A DNA stretch of 64,000 nucleotides from Squalus acanthias (taxonomy: Eukaryota): NCBI GenBank assembly GCA_030390025.1, contig CM059438.1, positions 66,776,001 through 66,840,000 of the forward strand. The letters are read 5' to 3'. Below are positions 49,515 to 61,822 of the stretch, piece after piece; within the stretch, counting starts at the first letter, position 1; every line of letters begins with the position of its first letter. The notes under the pieces are model-generated. The model worked only from the letters and a program-made list of their open reading frames with translations. It searched no databases and had not been told where the DNA came from. Made by a program: the position numbers and the translations under genes.

Positions 49515-52324
49515 TTTCAAATAAAACTGTTGGACTATAACCTGGTGTTGTGCGACTTCTCATTTTTGTCCACCCCAGTCCAACACCGGCATCTCCGCAT
49601 CATGAACATTAAATAATCACACAGCTCACACACATTAAATAATCACACAGCACGCACACACGTTAAGTAGTCACACAGCACACACACGTTAAGTAGTCAC
49701 ACAGCACACACACATTAAATAGTCACACTGCACACACGTTAAATAGTCACACAGCACACACACACATTAAATAATCACACAGCACACACACATTAAATAG
49801 TCAAACTGCACACACATTAAATAGTCACAGCACAAACACATTAAATAGTCACACAGCAAACACACATTAAATAGTCACACTGCACACACACATTAAATAG
49901 TCACACAGCACACACACATTAAATAGTCACACAGCACAAACCCATTAAATAGTCACACAGCACACACACATTAAATAGTCACAATGCACACACACATTAA
50001 ATAGTCACACTGCACACACACATTAAATAGTCACACAGCACACACACATTAAATAGTCACACAGCACACACACATTAAATAGTCACACAGCACACACACG
50101 TTAAATAGTCACACAGCACACACACGTTAAATAGTCACACAGCACACACACATTAAATAGTCACACTGCACACACATTAAATAGTCACAGCACAAACACA
50201 TTAAATAGTCACACAGCAAACACACATTAAATAATCACACAGCACACACACAGATTAAATAGTCACACAGCACACACACACGTTAAATAGTCACACAGCA
50301 CACACACACATTAAATAGTCACACAGCACACACACATTAAATAGTCACACAGCACACACACACATTAAATAGTCACACAGCACACACACACGTTAAATAG
50401 TCACACTGCACACTCACATATTAAATAGTCACACAGCACACACACACATTAAATAGTCACACAGCACACACACATTAAATAGTCACACAGCACACACACG
50501 TTAAATAATTACACAGCACACACACATTAAATAATCACACAGCACACACACACGTTAAGTAGTCACACAGCACACACACGTTAAATAGTCACACAGCACA
50601 CACACACGTTAAATAATCACACAGCACACACACATTAAATAGTCACACAGCACAGACACATGTTAAATAATCACACAGCACACACACATGTTAAATAGTC
50701 ACACAGCACACACACATTAAATAATCAGACAGCACACACACACGTTAAGTAGTCACACAACACACACACACATTAAATAATCACACAGCACACACACATT
50801 AAATAGTCACACTGCACACACATTAAATAGTCACAGCACAAACACATTAAATAGTCACACAGCAAACACACATTAAATAGTCACACTGCACACACACATT
50901 AAATAGTCACACAGCACACACACATTAAATAGTCACACAGCACAAACACATTAAATAGTCACACAGCACACACACATTAAATAGTCACACTGCACACACA
51001 CATTAAATAGTCACACAGCACACACACATTAAATAGTCACACAGCACACACACATTAAATAGTCACACTGCACACACACATTAAATAGTCACACAGCACA
51101 CACACGTTAACTGGTCACACAGCACACACACATTAAATAGTCACTCAGCACAAACACATTAAATAGTCACACAGCACACACACGTTAAATAGTCACACAG
51201 CACACATACACGTTAAATAGTCACACAGCACACACACATTAAATAGTCACACAGCACACACACGTTAAATAATCACACAGCACACACACATTAAATAATC
51301 ACACAGCACACACACACGTTAAGTAGTCACACAGCACACACACGTTAAATAGTCACACAGCACACACACACATTAAATAATCACACAGCACACACACACG
51401 TTAAATAGTCACACAGAACACACAAGTTAAATAATCACACAGCACACACACACGTTAAATACTCACACTGCACACACATGTTAAATAGTCACACAGCAAA
51501 CACATGTTAAATAGTCACACAGGGCACACACGTTAAATAATCACTCAGAACACACACACGTTAAATAGTCACACAGCAAACACACGTTAAATAATCTCTC
51601 AGAACACACACACGTTAAATAGTCACACAGCAAACACACGTTAAATAGTCACACAGCACACACATGTTAAATAATCACACAGCAAACACACGTTAAATAG
51701 TCACACAGCGCACACACATTAAATAATCACACAGAACACACGCGTTAAATAGTCACACAGAGCACACACATGTTAAATAGTCACACAGCAAACACATGTT
51801 AAATAGTCACACAGCACACACACATGTTAAATAGTCACATAGCATACACACACGTTAAATAGTCACACAGCACACACACACATTAAATAGTCACACTGCA
51901 CACACATTAAATAGTCACAGCACAAACACATTAAATAGTCACACAGCAAACACACACGTTAAATAGTCACACAGCACACACACACATTAAATAGTCACAC
52001 AGCACACACACACATTAAATAGTCACACAGCACACACACACATTAAATAGTCACACAGCACAAACACACATTAAATAGTCACACAGCACACACACACGTT
52101 AAATAGTCACACAGCACACACACACATTAAATAGTCACACAGCACACACACACATTAAATAGTCACACAGCACACACACACTTTAAATAGTCACACAGCA
52201 CACACACACATTAAATAGTCACACAGCACACACACACATTAAATAGTCATACAGCACACACACACGTTAAATAGTCACACAGCACACACACACGTTAAAT
52301 AGTCGCACAGCACACACACATTAA

Positions 52325-52724
52325 ACATTTACTCCCTCCACCACCAGCGTACCGTGGCTGCAGTGTGTACCATCTGCAAGATGCACTGCAGCGACTCGCC
52401 AAGGCTTCTTCAGCAGCACCTCCCAAACCCACGACCTCTTCAACCTAGAAGGACAAGGGCAGCAGGCGCATGGGAACACCACCACCTCCAATTCCCCTCC
52501 AAGTCACACACCAGCCTGACTTAGAAGTATATCGCTGATCCTTCATCGTCGCTGGGTCAAAATCCTGGAACTCCCTCCCTAACAGTACTGTGGGAGTACC
52601 TCACCACTCGGACTGCAGCGGTTCAAGAAGGCGATTCACCACCACCTTCTCAAGGGCAATTAGGAATGGGTGATAAGTGCTGGACTTGCCAGCGACGCCC
52701 ACATCCCATAAACGAATAAGAAAA
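52325..52724 (+). mobile_element. LINE family X 3' end at the right edge of the homogeneous satellite
   Basis: Reverse complement of about 25135-25530, with TTAAA(C/T)A microhomology at the 5' junction. Confidence 0.9.
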
Positions 52725-52725
52725 C

Positions 52726-53150
52726 CTCACACACATGTTAAATAGTCACACAGCACAATATATTTGTTAAAATAAGACAATCACATAGCACAGTGCACTT
52801 TGTTAAATGCAATCACTCAGTATAATAACTCATGTTAACAAAAACAGGCACAGGTGTTAAATAGTCACAGAACAGTGCACTTATTAAACACAGGCACACA
52901 ACACACTGTACCTGTTTAATAAATCAACAGCTCAGTACTCTTGTTAAATATAGTCACATAGCATAGTAGATTTGCTAAATATAGTCACAAAGCACAGTAC
53001 ACTTGTTAAACTATTGCCATGCAGAACAGACATGTATTGAATAGAGTTATGCCGCACAGTATACATGTTTAACACGGTCACACAGGACAGTGAACATGGT
53101 AATGCAGGTATGCACAGTTTATGTGTTAAATATCGCACACTATTGCAAAA
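52726..53150. repeat. Highly diverged satellite-related units
   Basis: Recurrent GTTAAAT..AGTCACA..GCACAGT pattern. Confidence 0.7.
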
Positions 53151-53371
53151 GTGCTCAGTACTGCATCATCCTTTTTTGACTATCATTGACATTGCAAAAT
53201 GCATTTTCTATATGGCAGTATACAGTGCTGCGCTTGTAGCTGAATGTCTGTCTGCTTTTGATTCTATTGGACACATGATTGAAGTTTACCTCCTTTATAA
53301 TTTTCAGGGGTAATTAACAGGGTTCGGAATTGGTGGGGCTGCCATTATGCTCAAATAACCTCTCTTTTATG

Positions 53372-53785
53372 AGTAACAGAGGGAGAGAGGGGTGATATAT
53401 GAGCCTTAGGTTTATGAGAGCTTTGTATCCGCAATCGGGGGACAACTTTAAGGAGTTATATAAAAGATCAGAATGACCAAGGCAAGGCGGTATAGCCTTG
53501 AGAAATCGTTGACCTTAATTGCCTTTAATCAGGAATGACTCCCAGCCTGTAAGGATAAAAGGCAGAGAAATAGTTCAGTTGGGAAGAGGAGTTTGGAGAG
53601 GAAGGAACTGAGTGATATGAGGCATGCTAGAAAGCAATCTCTGTTACTATTTAGTTCATCGCTGTACTTAAAGACCCAACTGCTGTGGGTTAATAAACCA
53701 GACTTGTTTTAACCATTAAGTTCTGGTCGGGGTGTTTTAATTGACCACTGGGTCCTGGGTCCTGGGTCTGCTTCAACTTGTTACA
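53372..53785 (+). mobile_element. Probable small solo LTR
   Basis: AGTAACA...TGTTACA ends, TATATAAAA at about 53457, AATAAA at about 53692, flanks TATG/TATT. Confidence 0.45.
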
Positions 53786-53800
53786 TATTTTAAAGAACAA

Positions 53801-54695
53801 GGGGGAAAAATTCAGTTGGTTGCGCCTCCATTAGCGCCTTAAGAGGGCGCGAATAGGGCGCAAAGCAACTAGTGCGCCGGGCGTGGCGATGTTTGCGCCG
53901 CTCGCGAAATTAACTAGACATTTTGCGGCGGCGCTAAACACTACCACCACGATCTCCTGCGCCGGCAGATCGTGACGTCAGTCGAGTGCGCAACGCCCCA
54001 GTAGTGCCCCGGAGCGGATATTGAGTGGCGTCCCCTGCCTTACTGCCTGCTGCTAGCAACGACAGGTTGAGGGGAGCGTTTTGCAGTCAGGAAGGGACTG
54101 GGGGAGCGCTATTTAAAGGCGACCGCTTCCTGCCTTTTTTTGTTGGTGACATTTTTGAACCATGCATTCTGAGAGAGAGAGAGAGAGAGACTTCTGGAGA
54201 GATTCAACATTGTGTGAAGGAGTTTTGGGTACTGAGCAGCACTTTGCAGGTTCATTTTGATTTGCCCTTCCTTGTATCGATTTAGAAGAGACTGTGGGGG
54301 CTGCACTCTGAGCTCTTTCCCTGGTTCTTTCCATTGTTCTTTCCAGCAGGTTTGATGTACAGGTCTCTCCAGGCCGAGATTCAAGGCTGCAATGAGTAGG
54401 ATGTGGATGGAAAGCAAGATCAACCCTCCCCTTTAAGAACTGGCCGGGGCCATTGTGTCTGTGTTCCATTGCTGACTGACATCACATGAGCTTCGCCAGC
54501 GCTCTGAGGTAGCGCCTCGCTCCTCGGCCTTTGCGCCTTAAGACAGATGTGTAGCGCCTGATTTCGCGCTCCAATCACCTCCAGGGGCGATAAAAGTCAA
54601 GTTTGCAGTCGGAGGCGATAATTAGCGCCAGGCGCTAATCTTTGCGCCCAGCCGATAATTGCGCCCCAAATGGGGCGATACTGAATTTCTCCCCC
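53801..54695 (-). mobile_element. Harbinger-type MITE, family A
   Basis: TIR GGGGGAAAAATTCAGT / ACTGAATTTCTCCCCC and TSD CAA; inverse homologue of 4196-5026. Confidence 0.88.
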
Positions 54696-55202
54696 CAAGT
54701 GTCATCAGTGGCTCCCTTTTTAAATCAAACCCATTTCAAATATTTAGTAAAGCAGAAAAACCACATCTTTAGGCAGTTCTCGTGCACTGGCCAGTGGCTA
54801 GTTAGGGAGAGGCACTAGTTGAAGCCTGTAGTTGGACAGTCTGTTTGCCTGCACGCCCACCTCTCAGCCGGGGCAGGTATGCAACACTGTCGTCACCAGG
54901 TAATTGTTAGGAGCGGGCTTTATAAAAGTGAAACCCATTGTAAAGCCATTTAAATATTCAGGACCACGTTTCCTTTTAAGAGTGAGCTACATTATAATCA
55001 ATCACATGTTTAAATCAAAAGGAGTTTTGCTCCATATGAATGCAACTTAATGGATTGGGCAGTGCAAAGTGCGAGAAGGGGGGAAATTGGAGATTTATTT
55101 TTAATTCTCCACGGTCTTTTCTTTGTTTGCGAGGCTGTAGCTGACACTTTCATAGATTTAAGAGCCACTTTGGACATATTGCACAAGAATTCACAGGACT
55201 AT

Positions 55203-56048
55203 GGGCTGGATTTTGCCAATGGGGAGCTTTTGGAGGCGGGACTCACACTTGTCGGGTTTTAGTCCCGCCTCCATCGACTTGTGGCCAAACCATGCTATTT
55301 TCCCTTGATTGACCTTGTTAAGCCCACCCAGCGGGCTTAGCAGGCCAATTAAGGGAAAGCAGGTTACAGAGAACGTCAGCGTATGACGTTTCATCTGTCA
55401 AAAATTTTTGACAGATAAATTGTCGTCGTTTGACAGCTATGTGAAGCTGTCAAACACTGACATTCTCTGTAGTTTGATGAGTTCTTGAATTCAAGACTCA
55501 TCAAACCTCTTTCTTTAGCAGAAATTAGATGGTTGTTGCATTGGAGAATGCAGCAGCCATCTGTCATCTCTACCACGGAGATGCGAGAATCTCCACATCC
55601 CCAATGATTGAAGCCTGCAAGAAGAAACAAAGGTAAGTAAACTTTTTCTAACACTTTCCACTTACCTCACATACTCACCTCTCCATACTTGCACCCATCA
55701 CTTACCTTCACAGCGCACTTTTGCAGCCCTCTGACCCCCGCAGATCCACTGCTCGCCTCGGTGACCCTGACGGGGTTCGCAGCCTTCGGGAAGCCCGCAC
55801 TTGTGTGGGTAAAATGGGGATGATCCTCTTATCTGCCTGTTAACTACCTGTTAACAGGCAGTTAAGTGGCTGTAATCCCCTTCCCGCCTCTAAGGAGACG
55901 GGACCCGGCGTGGGTCGGCTACCCGCCTCCTGGCAAGATGGCACGGAGGCGGGTTGGGGGCGGGATGGGCACCCGCTCCCAGATTCGGCCATTTTCCCGG
56001 CAGTTCCACCTCCATACCCGCCTCTCCAGGGCTGGCAAGATCGCACCC
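55203..56048 (-). mobile_element. Harbinger-type MITE, family B
   Basis: GGGCTGGATTTT...AAGATCGCACCC and TSD TAT (55200-55202, 56049-56051). Confidence 0.9.
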
Positions 56049-56051
56049 TAT

Positions 56052-56809
56052 GGGCTGGATTTTGATACTGGGGCGGGTTGGGGTTGTGTCATCTGCATTT
56101 CAAGTTATCCACCCGACTGCAATTGGATGTGGGAGATTGCTGCAATTTTCACCTAATTGGGCAATTGAGTTCCAGCATGTGGGAACCCATGAACCAATTA
56201 GTGGTTTTAGTCTGAAAGTCGCCTCTGATGATGTCATCATTGCTGCTGCATTGAAGGTCAGAGACTGCCTGGCCTTTGCTGTGAGAGGACCTGGATGCAA
56301 AATGAGCAGCAGCTCTAAGTCTACTGAGAGAGAGAGAGAGAGAGAATGAGAATTTTGCATCCAGGTCCTCTGACAGCAAAGGCCAGGCAGTCTCTGAAGA
56401 CCTTCAATGCAGCAGCATCAGAGGCGACTTTCAGACCTAATACTACTACTACCTTCATCACATCTCCGTTGTAATAGTGGACCTGCAGCTGATAGTCAGC
56501 TATCCAAATGTGCTCCCGCCAGGTTTCACAATCGTGGTTCAGAACAGGCGTGCTTCACGTAGATCAAGGGTTAAAATCACAAAGGCCTTTCAAAATGGCA
56601 TTATAGAGCCAATTTAGTGCTTGTTAAGGGCCTTAACAGCCTATCCCGCCTCTTGGAGGCGGGACGGAGTCGGGACCAGCAGACACGATTTAATGAAAAT
56701 TGCGTGGAGGCGGGATGGAGGCGGACTTGTGCCCGCCCGCCAGTTTTCACAATTTTAACCCCCCACACGCCTCCAAACCCACCTCCACGGGTCAATGAAA
56801 ATCCAGCCC
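56052..56809. mobile_element. Harbinger-type MITE, family D, with an internal foldback
   Basis: TIR GGGCTGGATTTT / AAAATCCAGCCC. Flanks are TAT and TTG, so the TSD does not match. Confidence 0.75.
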
Positions 56810-57275
56810 TTGATGTTTGAAAGAGACTTCATCTTAGCCATCACCAAACTGTCCAATGGTTTGTTTCCATTTAGGTAACTGGAATGTGAATAAATATCAA
56901 GTAAGAGATATTAGGACACCAGCTCAGAGGAATGAATAGCCAATAACTTGACTTGTTACTGGACATTTCAAATATTAATGACAAATATCAATGTGTGTGT
57001 GGTGGTACTCATTTGTTATTCTCCTTGTGAATGAATTATTACTTTAAATTAATATCAAAAAAGGCAACAGGACTAAAGTGTACAAACCCTTTCCTCAGCA
57101 TTGACGTTTGTGCACTGAAGGCCCAATGCCAGCTCTATTGCTGAGGATCCGACTTTTTTGGATCAATGTGTGTTGTTTGAAATCCTACCCAGTTGCAAAT
57201 GGATTTACTGGTTCAATCCCGATCAATGAGGGACATGCGCCAATAACTCCTCCTCTCCGGTTTGCAGACATACAG

Positions 57276-57833
57276 GGGTCGATTTTAACCCTAACTTCCT
57301 GGCAGAAGGGGGCTGGACAGTAAAAAATGAGCAAGTTGTTGCCCGCTCGAAATTCGACCCTTTCACACAATTTCCCATTTTAACCCGCAGGGTTCTTGCA
57401 GGTGGATGAGGTGCTTGCCCAAAGCAGCGGGGTGCGGGGGGCGGCGGGGGCGGGGTGGCGGTGGTGCTCATGAATTTATGCAAATCAGGGTTGTTTAACA
57501 TCAAAAGCTCCCCGATTGCATTTTTCCTGGGGGCTGGGGGAGAGGGCCTTCTGCATTTTCCCGCCAGGTCTGAAGCAGGTCTGCAGGTGGAAGAAGCCCT
57601 CCAAGGTAAGTGTAAAACAGGAGCACTGCTCTGGGCCCCACAAGGAATGTCACGGCCTCCCCACCCCAGACTTCCCTCCCGCATGACCCTCCTGAAACTC
57701 CCTCCCCTCCCCGCCACGTGCCTGCTTACCGGCAAGCCTCCTCTTAGTGCCGGTACTGAGCTGCTGCTTTCTGCCCTTTTCAGGGGGGCAGCTGCCGGGG
57801 GCATGGAGACGAGGCCTGTGAGTTAAAATACCC
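57276..57833. mobile_element. Harbinger-type MITE, family E
   Basis: GGGTCGATTTTAAC / GTTAAAATACCC ends with CAG on both flanks. Confidence 0.65.
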
Positions 57834-58249
57834 CAGGCCTCCAACTTAGGCCAGCAAGTGTGTTTCACCGAGTGGCAACAATTGTCACAAGAAGCAGAAA
57901 ATACAATCAGCCTGAATCGAAGAGAATCTAAACAATAACTGGAGTTAAAATAACCTGTAGTTTCTTCCTCCCGAGATGTTACTTGGGCAAAAAAAAAGCG
58001 TTAAAAAAATGTCCCAAACATATCTGACATCAGCACTAACACCTGTCAAAACATTAACAAAAGCAACAGCATTTCTCATTGCAATGAATCATAGAATCAG
58101 AGAAAGTTACAGCACAGAAGGAGGCCATTTCGGCCCATCGTGTCCACGCCGGCCAACAAAGAGCTAGCGAGCCTAATCCCACTTCCCAGCTCTTGGTCCG
58201 TAGCCCTGCAGGTTACAGCATCCCAAGTGCACATCCAAGTACTTTTTAA

Positions 58250-61050
58250 ATGTGGTTAGGGTTCCTGCCTCTACCACCCTTTCAGCCAGTGAGTTCCAGA
58301 CCCCCACAACCCTCTGGGTGAAGAAATTTCCCCTCAAATCCCCTCTAAACCTTCCACCAATTACTTTAAATCTGTGCCCCCTGGTTTTTGACTCCTCTGC
58401 TAAGGGAAATCTAGGCCCCTCATAATTTTATACACCTCAATAAGGTCTCCCCTCAGTCTTCTCTGTTCCAAGGAAAACAGACCCAGCCTATCCAGTCTTT
58501 CCTCATAGCTAAGATTCTCTATTCCCGGCAACATCCTTGTAAATCTCCTCTGTACCCTCTCTAGTGCAATTACATCTTTCCTGTAATGTGGTGACCAGAA
58601 CTGCACGCAGTACTCTAGCTGAGGCCTAACTAGTGTTTTATACAGTTGAAGCATAACCCCCCTGCTCTTGTATTCTATACCATGGCTAATAAAGGCAAGC
58701 ATTCCGTATGTCTTCTTAACCACCTATTCTACCTGGCCTGCTACCTTCAGGGATCTGTGGACATGCACGCCAAGGTCCCTTTGTTCCTCTACACTACTCA
58801 GTGTCCTACCATTTAATGTGTATTCCCTTTCCTTGTTAGCCCTCCCCAAATGCATTACCTCACACTTCTCCGGATTGAATTCCGTTTGCCACTGTTCTGC
58901 CCACCCGACCAATTTATAGATATCTTCCTGCAGTCTACAGCTTCCTTCTTCAGTATCAACCACACAGCCGATTTTAGTATCATCTGCAAACTTCTTACTC
59001 ATACCCCCTGTATTCAAATCTAGCTAATTGATATATACCACAAAAAGCAAGGGACCTAGTACTGAGCCCTGCGGAACCCCACTGGAAACAGCCTTCCAGT
59101 CACAAAAACACCCATCAACCATTACCCTCTGCTTCCTTTCTCCAAGCCAGTTTTGAATCCAACTTGACACTTTGCCCTGGATCCCATGGGCTTTTAACTT
59201 CGTGACCAGTCTGCCATGTGGAACCTTATCAAAAGCCTTGCTAAAGTCCATATACACTACATCAAAGGCACTACCCTTATCTACCCTCCTTGTTACCTCC
59301 TCAAAAAATTCAATCAAGTTTGTCAGACACGACCTTCCCTTAAAAAATCTGTGCTGACTGTCCTTGATTAATCCGTGTCTTTCTGAATGAAGATTTATCC
59401 TGTCCTTCAGAATTCTTTCCAATAATTTTCCCACAACCGAGGTTAGGCTGACTGGCCTGTAATTACTTGGTCTATCCTTTTCTCCCTTTTTAAACAAGGG
59501 TACCACATTAGCAGTCCTCCAGTCCTTCGGCACCACACCTGAAGCCAGAGAGGATTGAAAAATGATGGTCAGGGCCTCTGCTATTTCCTCTTTCGCTTTG
59601 CTTAACACCCTGGGATACCTTTCATCGGGCCTAGGGATTTATCCACTTTTAAAGCTGCTAAATCCCTTAATACTTCCTCTCTCAGTATGTTTATTTCATC
59701 TAATATTTCACACTCCTCCCCCCTGATAGCAATGTCTGCTTCGCCCCTCTCCTTTGTGAAAACAGACGCAAAGTATTCATTAAGAAGCCTACCGAAGTCT
59801 CCCGTCTCCACACACAGATTACCCTCATGATCTCTAATAGGCCCTACCTTTTCTTTAGTTATCCTCTTACTCTTAATATATTTATAAAGCATCTTTGGGT
59901 TTTCCTTGATTTTACTTGCCAAGAATTTTTCATGCTCTCTCTTTGCTTTCCTAATATCATTTTTAATTGCACCCCTGCACTTTCTGTACTCCTCGAAAGA
60001 TTCTGAGTATTTAGCCCTCGGTATCTGTCAAACGCCTCCCTTTTTTTCTTTATCCTACCCTGTATGTCCCTAGATATCCAGGGGGCTCCAGATTTGTTAA
60101 TCCCACCTTTTTTCTTTAAGAGCACATATTTGGTCTGAACCCTCCGGATGTCCTCCTTGAATGCCTCCCACTGCTCTGACACTGATTTACCTTCAAATAG
60201 CTGTTTCCAGTCCACTATGGCTAAATCCCCTCTGAGCTTAGCAAAATTTGCTTTTCCCCAATTTAGAATTTTTATTCCTGGTCTATCCTTGTCCTTTTCC
60301 ATAACTACCTTAAATCTAACAGAATTATGGTCACTTTCACCAAAATGCTCCCCCACTGATACACCTTCTACCTGCCCAGCTTCATTCCCTAAAACTAAGT
60401 CCAGAACCACCCCCTCCCTTGTTTGGCTTGCTACATACTGGCTAAAATTTCTCCTGGATGCATTTTAGGAATTCTGCACCCTCTATACCCTTCACACTAA
60501 TTTTATCCCAGTTAATATAATAGTCAACAAGGAGGTTTGCCTGTAATAAATGGTATATACTTCAATGCAAGGAGTATAGCGAACAAGGCAGATGAGCTGA
60601 GGGCACAGGTAGATACTTGGGACAATGATGTATAGTTATCCCCTACTATTACTGCCCTATAGTTTTTGAACTTCTCAGAAATTTGTCTCCATATTTGTTC
60701 TTCTATCTCCCTCTCACTGTTTGGGGGCCTGTAGTACACTCCCAGCAGTGTGATCGCCCCTTTTTTGTTTTTCAATTTGACCCATATGGCCTCGTTTGAT
60801 GATCCCTCCAACATATCATCCCTCCTCACAGCCATAATAGTTTCTTTAATCAATATCGCGACCCCCCCTCCCTTTTTACCTCCCTCTCTATACCGTCTGA
60901 AAATCCTGTAACCAGGAATGTTGAGCTGCCATACCTGCCCCTCTTTCAGCCACGTCTCTGTAATAACTATACATCATTGTCTCAAGTATCTACCTGTGCC
61001 CTCAGCTCATCTGCCTTGTTCGCTATACTCCTTGCATTGAAGTATATACC
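58250..61050 (-). pseudogene. CR1 ORF2 (AP endonuclease plus reverse transcriptase), multiple frameshifts
   Basis: ORFs 60524..60853, 59859..60410, 59602..59922, 59024..59608, 58724..59017 and 58400..58723, all on the minus strand. Confidence 0.93.
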
Positions 61051-61199
61051 ATTTATTACAGGCAAACCTCCTTGTTGACTATTATCTAGCGCTTGATTCC
61101 TCTGTCCTTCCAATTTACTTTCTACATTTTTGTTTTCCAATTCCAGTTTTTCTTCCCTCCCTATTGACTCTATACTTAGGTTCCCATCCCCCTGCCAAG

Positions 61200-61680
61200 C
61201 TAGTTTAAACCCTCCCCAACAACACTAGCAAACCCTCCCACGAGGATATTGGTCCTGTTCCCGTTGAGGTGCAACCCATCTGGCTTGTAGAGGTCCCACC
61301 TCCCCCAGAAATGGTTCCAATTCCTCAGGAATCTAAAGCCCTCCCTCCTACACCATCTCTCCAGCCACGCATTCATCTGCTCTATCTTCCTATTTCTGTA
61401 CTCACTAGCACATGGCACTGGTAATAATCTGAAGATTACTACCTTTGAGGTCCTGCTTGTTAATCTCTTCCCTAGCTCCCTAAACTCTGCCTGCAGGACC
61501 TCATCCCTCTTCCTACCTATGTCGTTGGTACCGATATGGACCACGACCTCTGGCTGTTCACCCTCCCCCCTCAGAATGCCCTGCAGCTGTTCAGTGACAT
61601 CCATGACCCTGGAACCAGGGAGGCAACATACCATCCTGGAGTCACGTCTGCGGCCGCAGAAACGCCTGTCTGCTCCCCTG
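61200..61680 (-). pseudogene. CR1 ORF1 SGNH/GDSL esterase domain
   Basis: VCCLPG, VVHIGTNDI and DGLHLN motifs. Confidence 0.9.
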
Positions 61681-61822
61681 TCTATCTGCTATCACTATTG
61701 CTCTCCCTCTCCTCTTCCACCCCGCCTGTGCAGCTGAGCCTTTCATGGTGCTGTGGACTTGGCTCTGGCTGCACTCCCCAGAGTGACTCCACTCTCTGCT
61801 GGTCCTATAAATGTGTCACACG

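Larger units (their letters stand above)
48738..49604 (+). mobile_element. Penelope-like retroelement, 5'-truncated, with an inverted partial pLTR
   Basis: 48738-49024 is the reverse complement of about 49279-49564. It carries a GIY-YIG C-terminus, a hammerhead in each repeat and an unpaired 3' tail. Confidence 0.9.
38094..52324. repeat. ~26-bp tandem satellite array (TTAAATAGTCACACAGCACACACAC[G/A]), several hundred units, with interrupting insertions
   Basis: Directly visible. Unit length varies from about 24 to 30 bp through the CA count. Confidence 0.98.
58086..61782 (-). mobile_element. Near full-length CR1 LINE (end of ORF1 plus ORF2), inactivated
   Basis: SGNH esterase, APE endonuclease (GVYYRPP, VIVGD, LDLVL, SDHN), RT ([13 protein letters not shown]) and a (TTCTATGA)-type tail. 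Confidence 0.97.

Noticed and set aside
38094..52324. CRISPR-like array
   Set aside because: There are no unique spacers (units differ only in CA count and point changes), no cas genes, and the context is vertebrate repeat DNA.
57223..57804. 193-aa ORF
   Set aside because: GC-rich MITE interior giving a low-complexity Pro/Arg/Ala peptide with no domain.
58086..61782. Active autonomous CR1
   Set aside because: Several frameshifts, an insertion in the endonuclease motif and a truncated ORF1.
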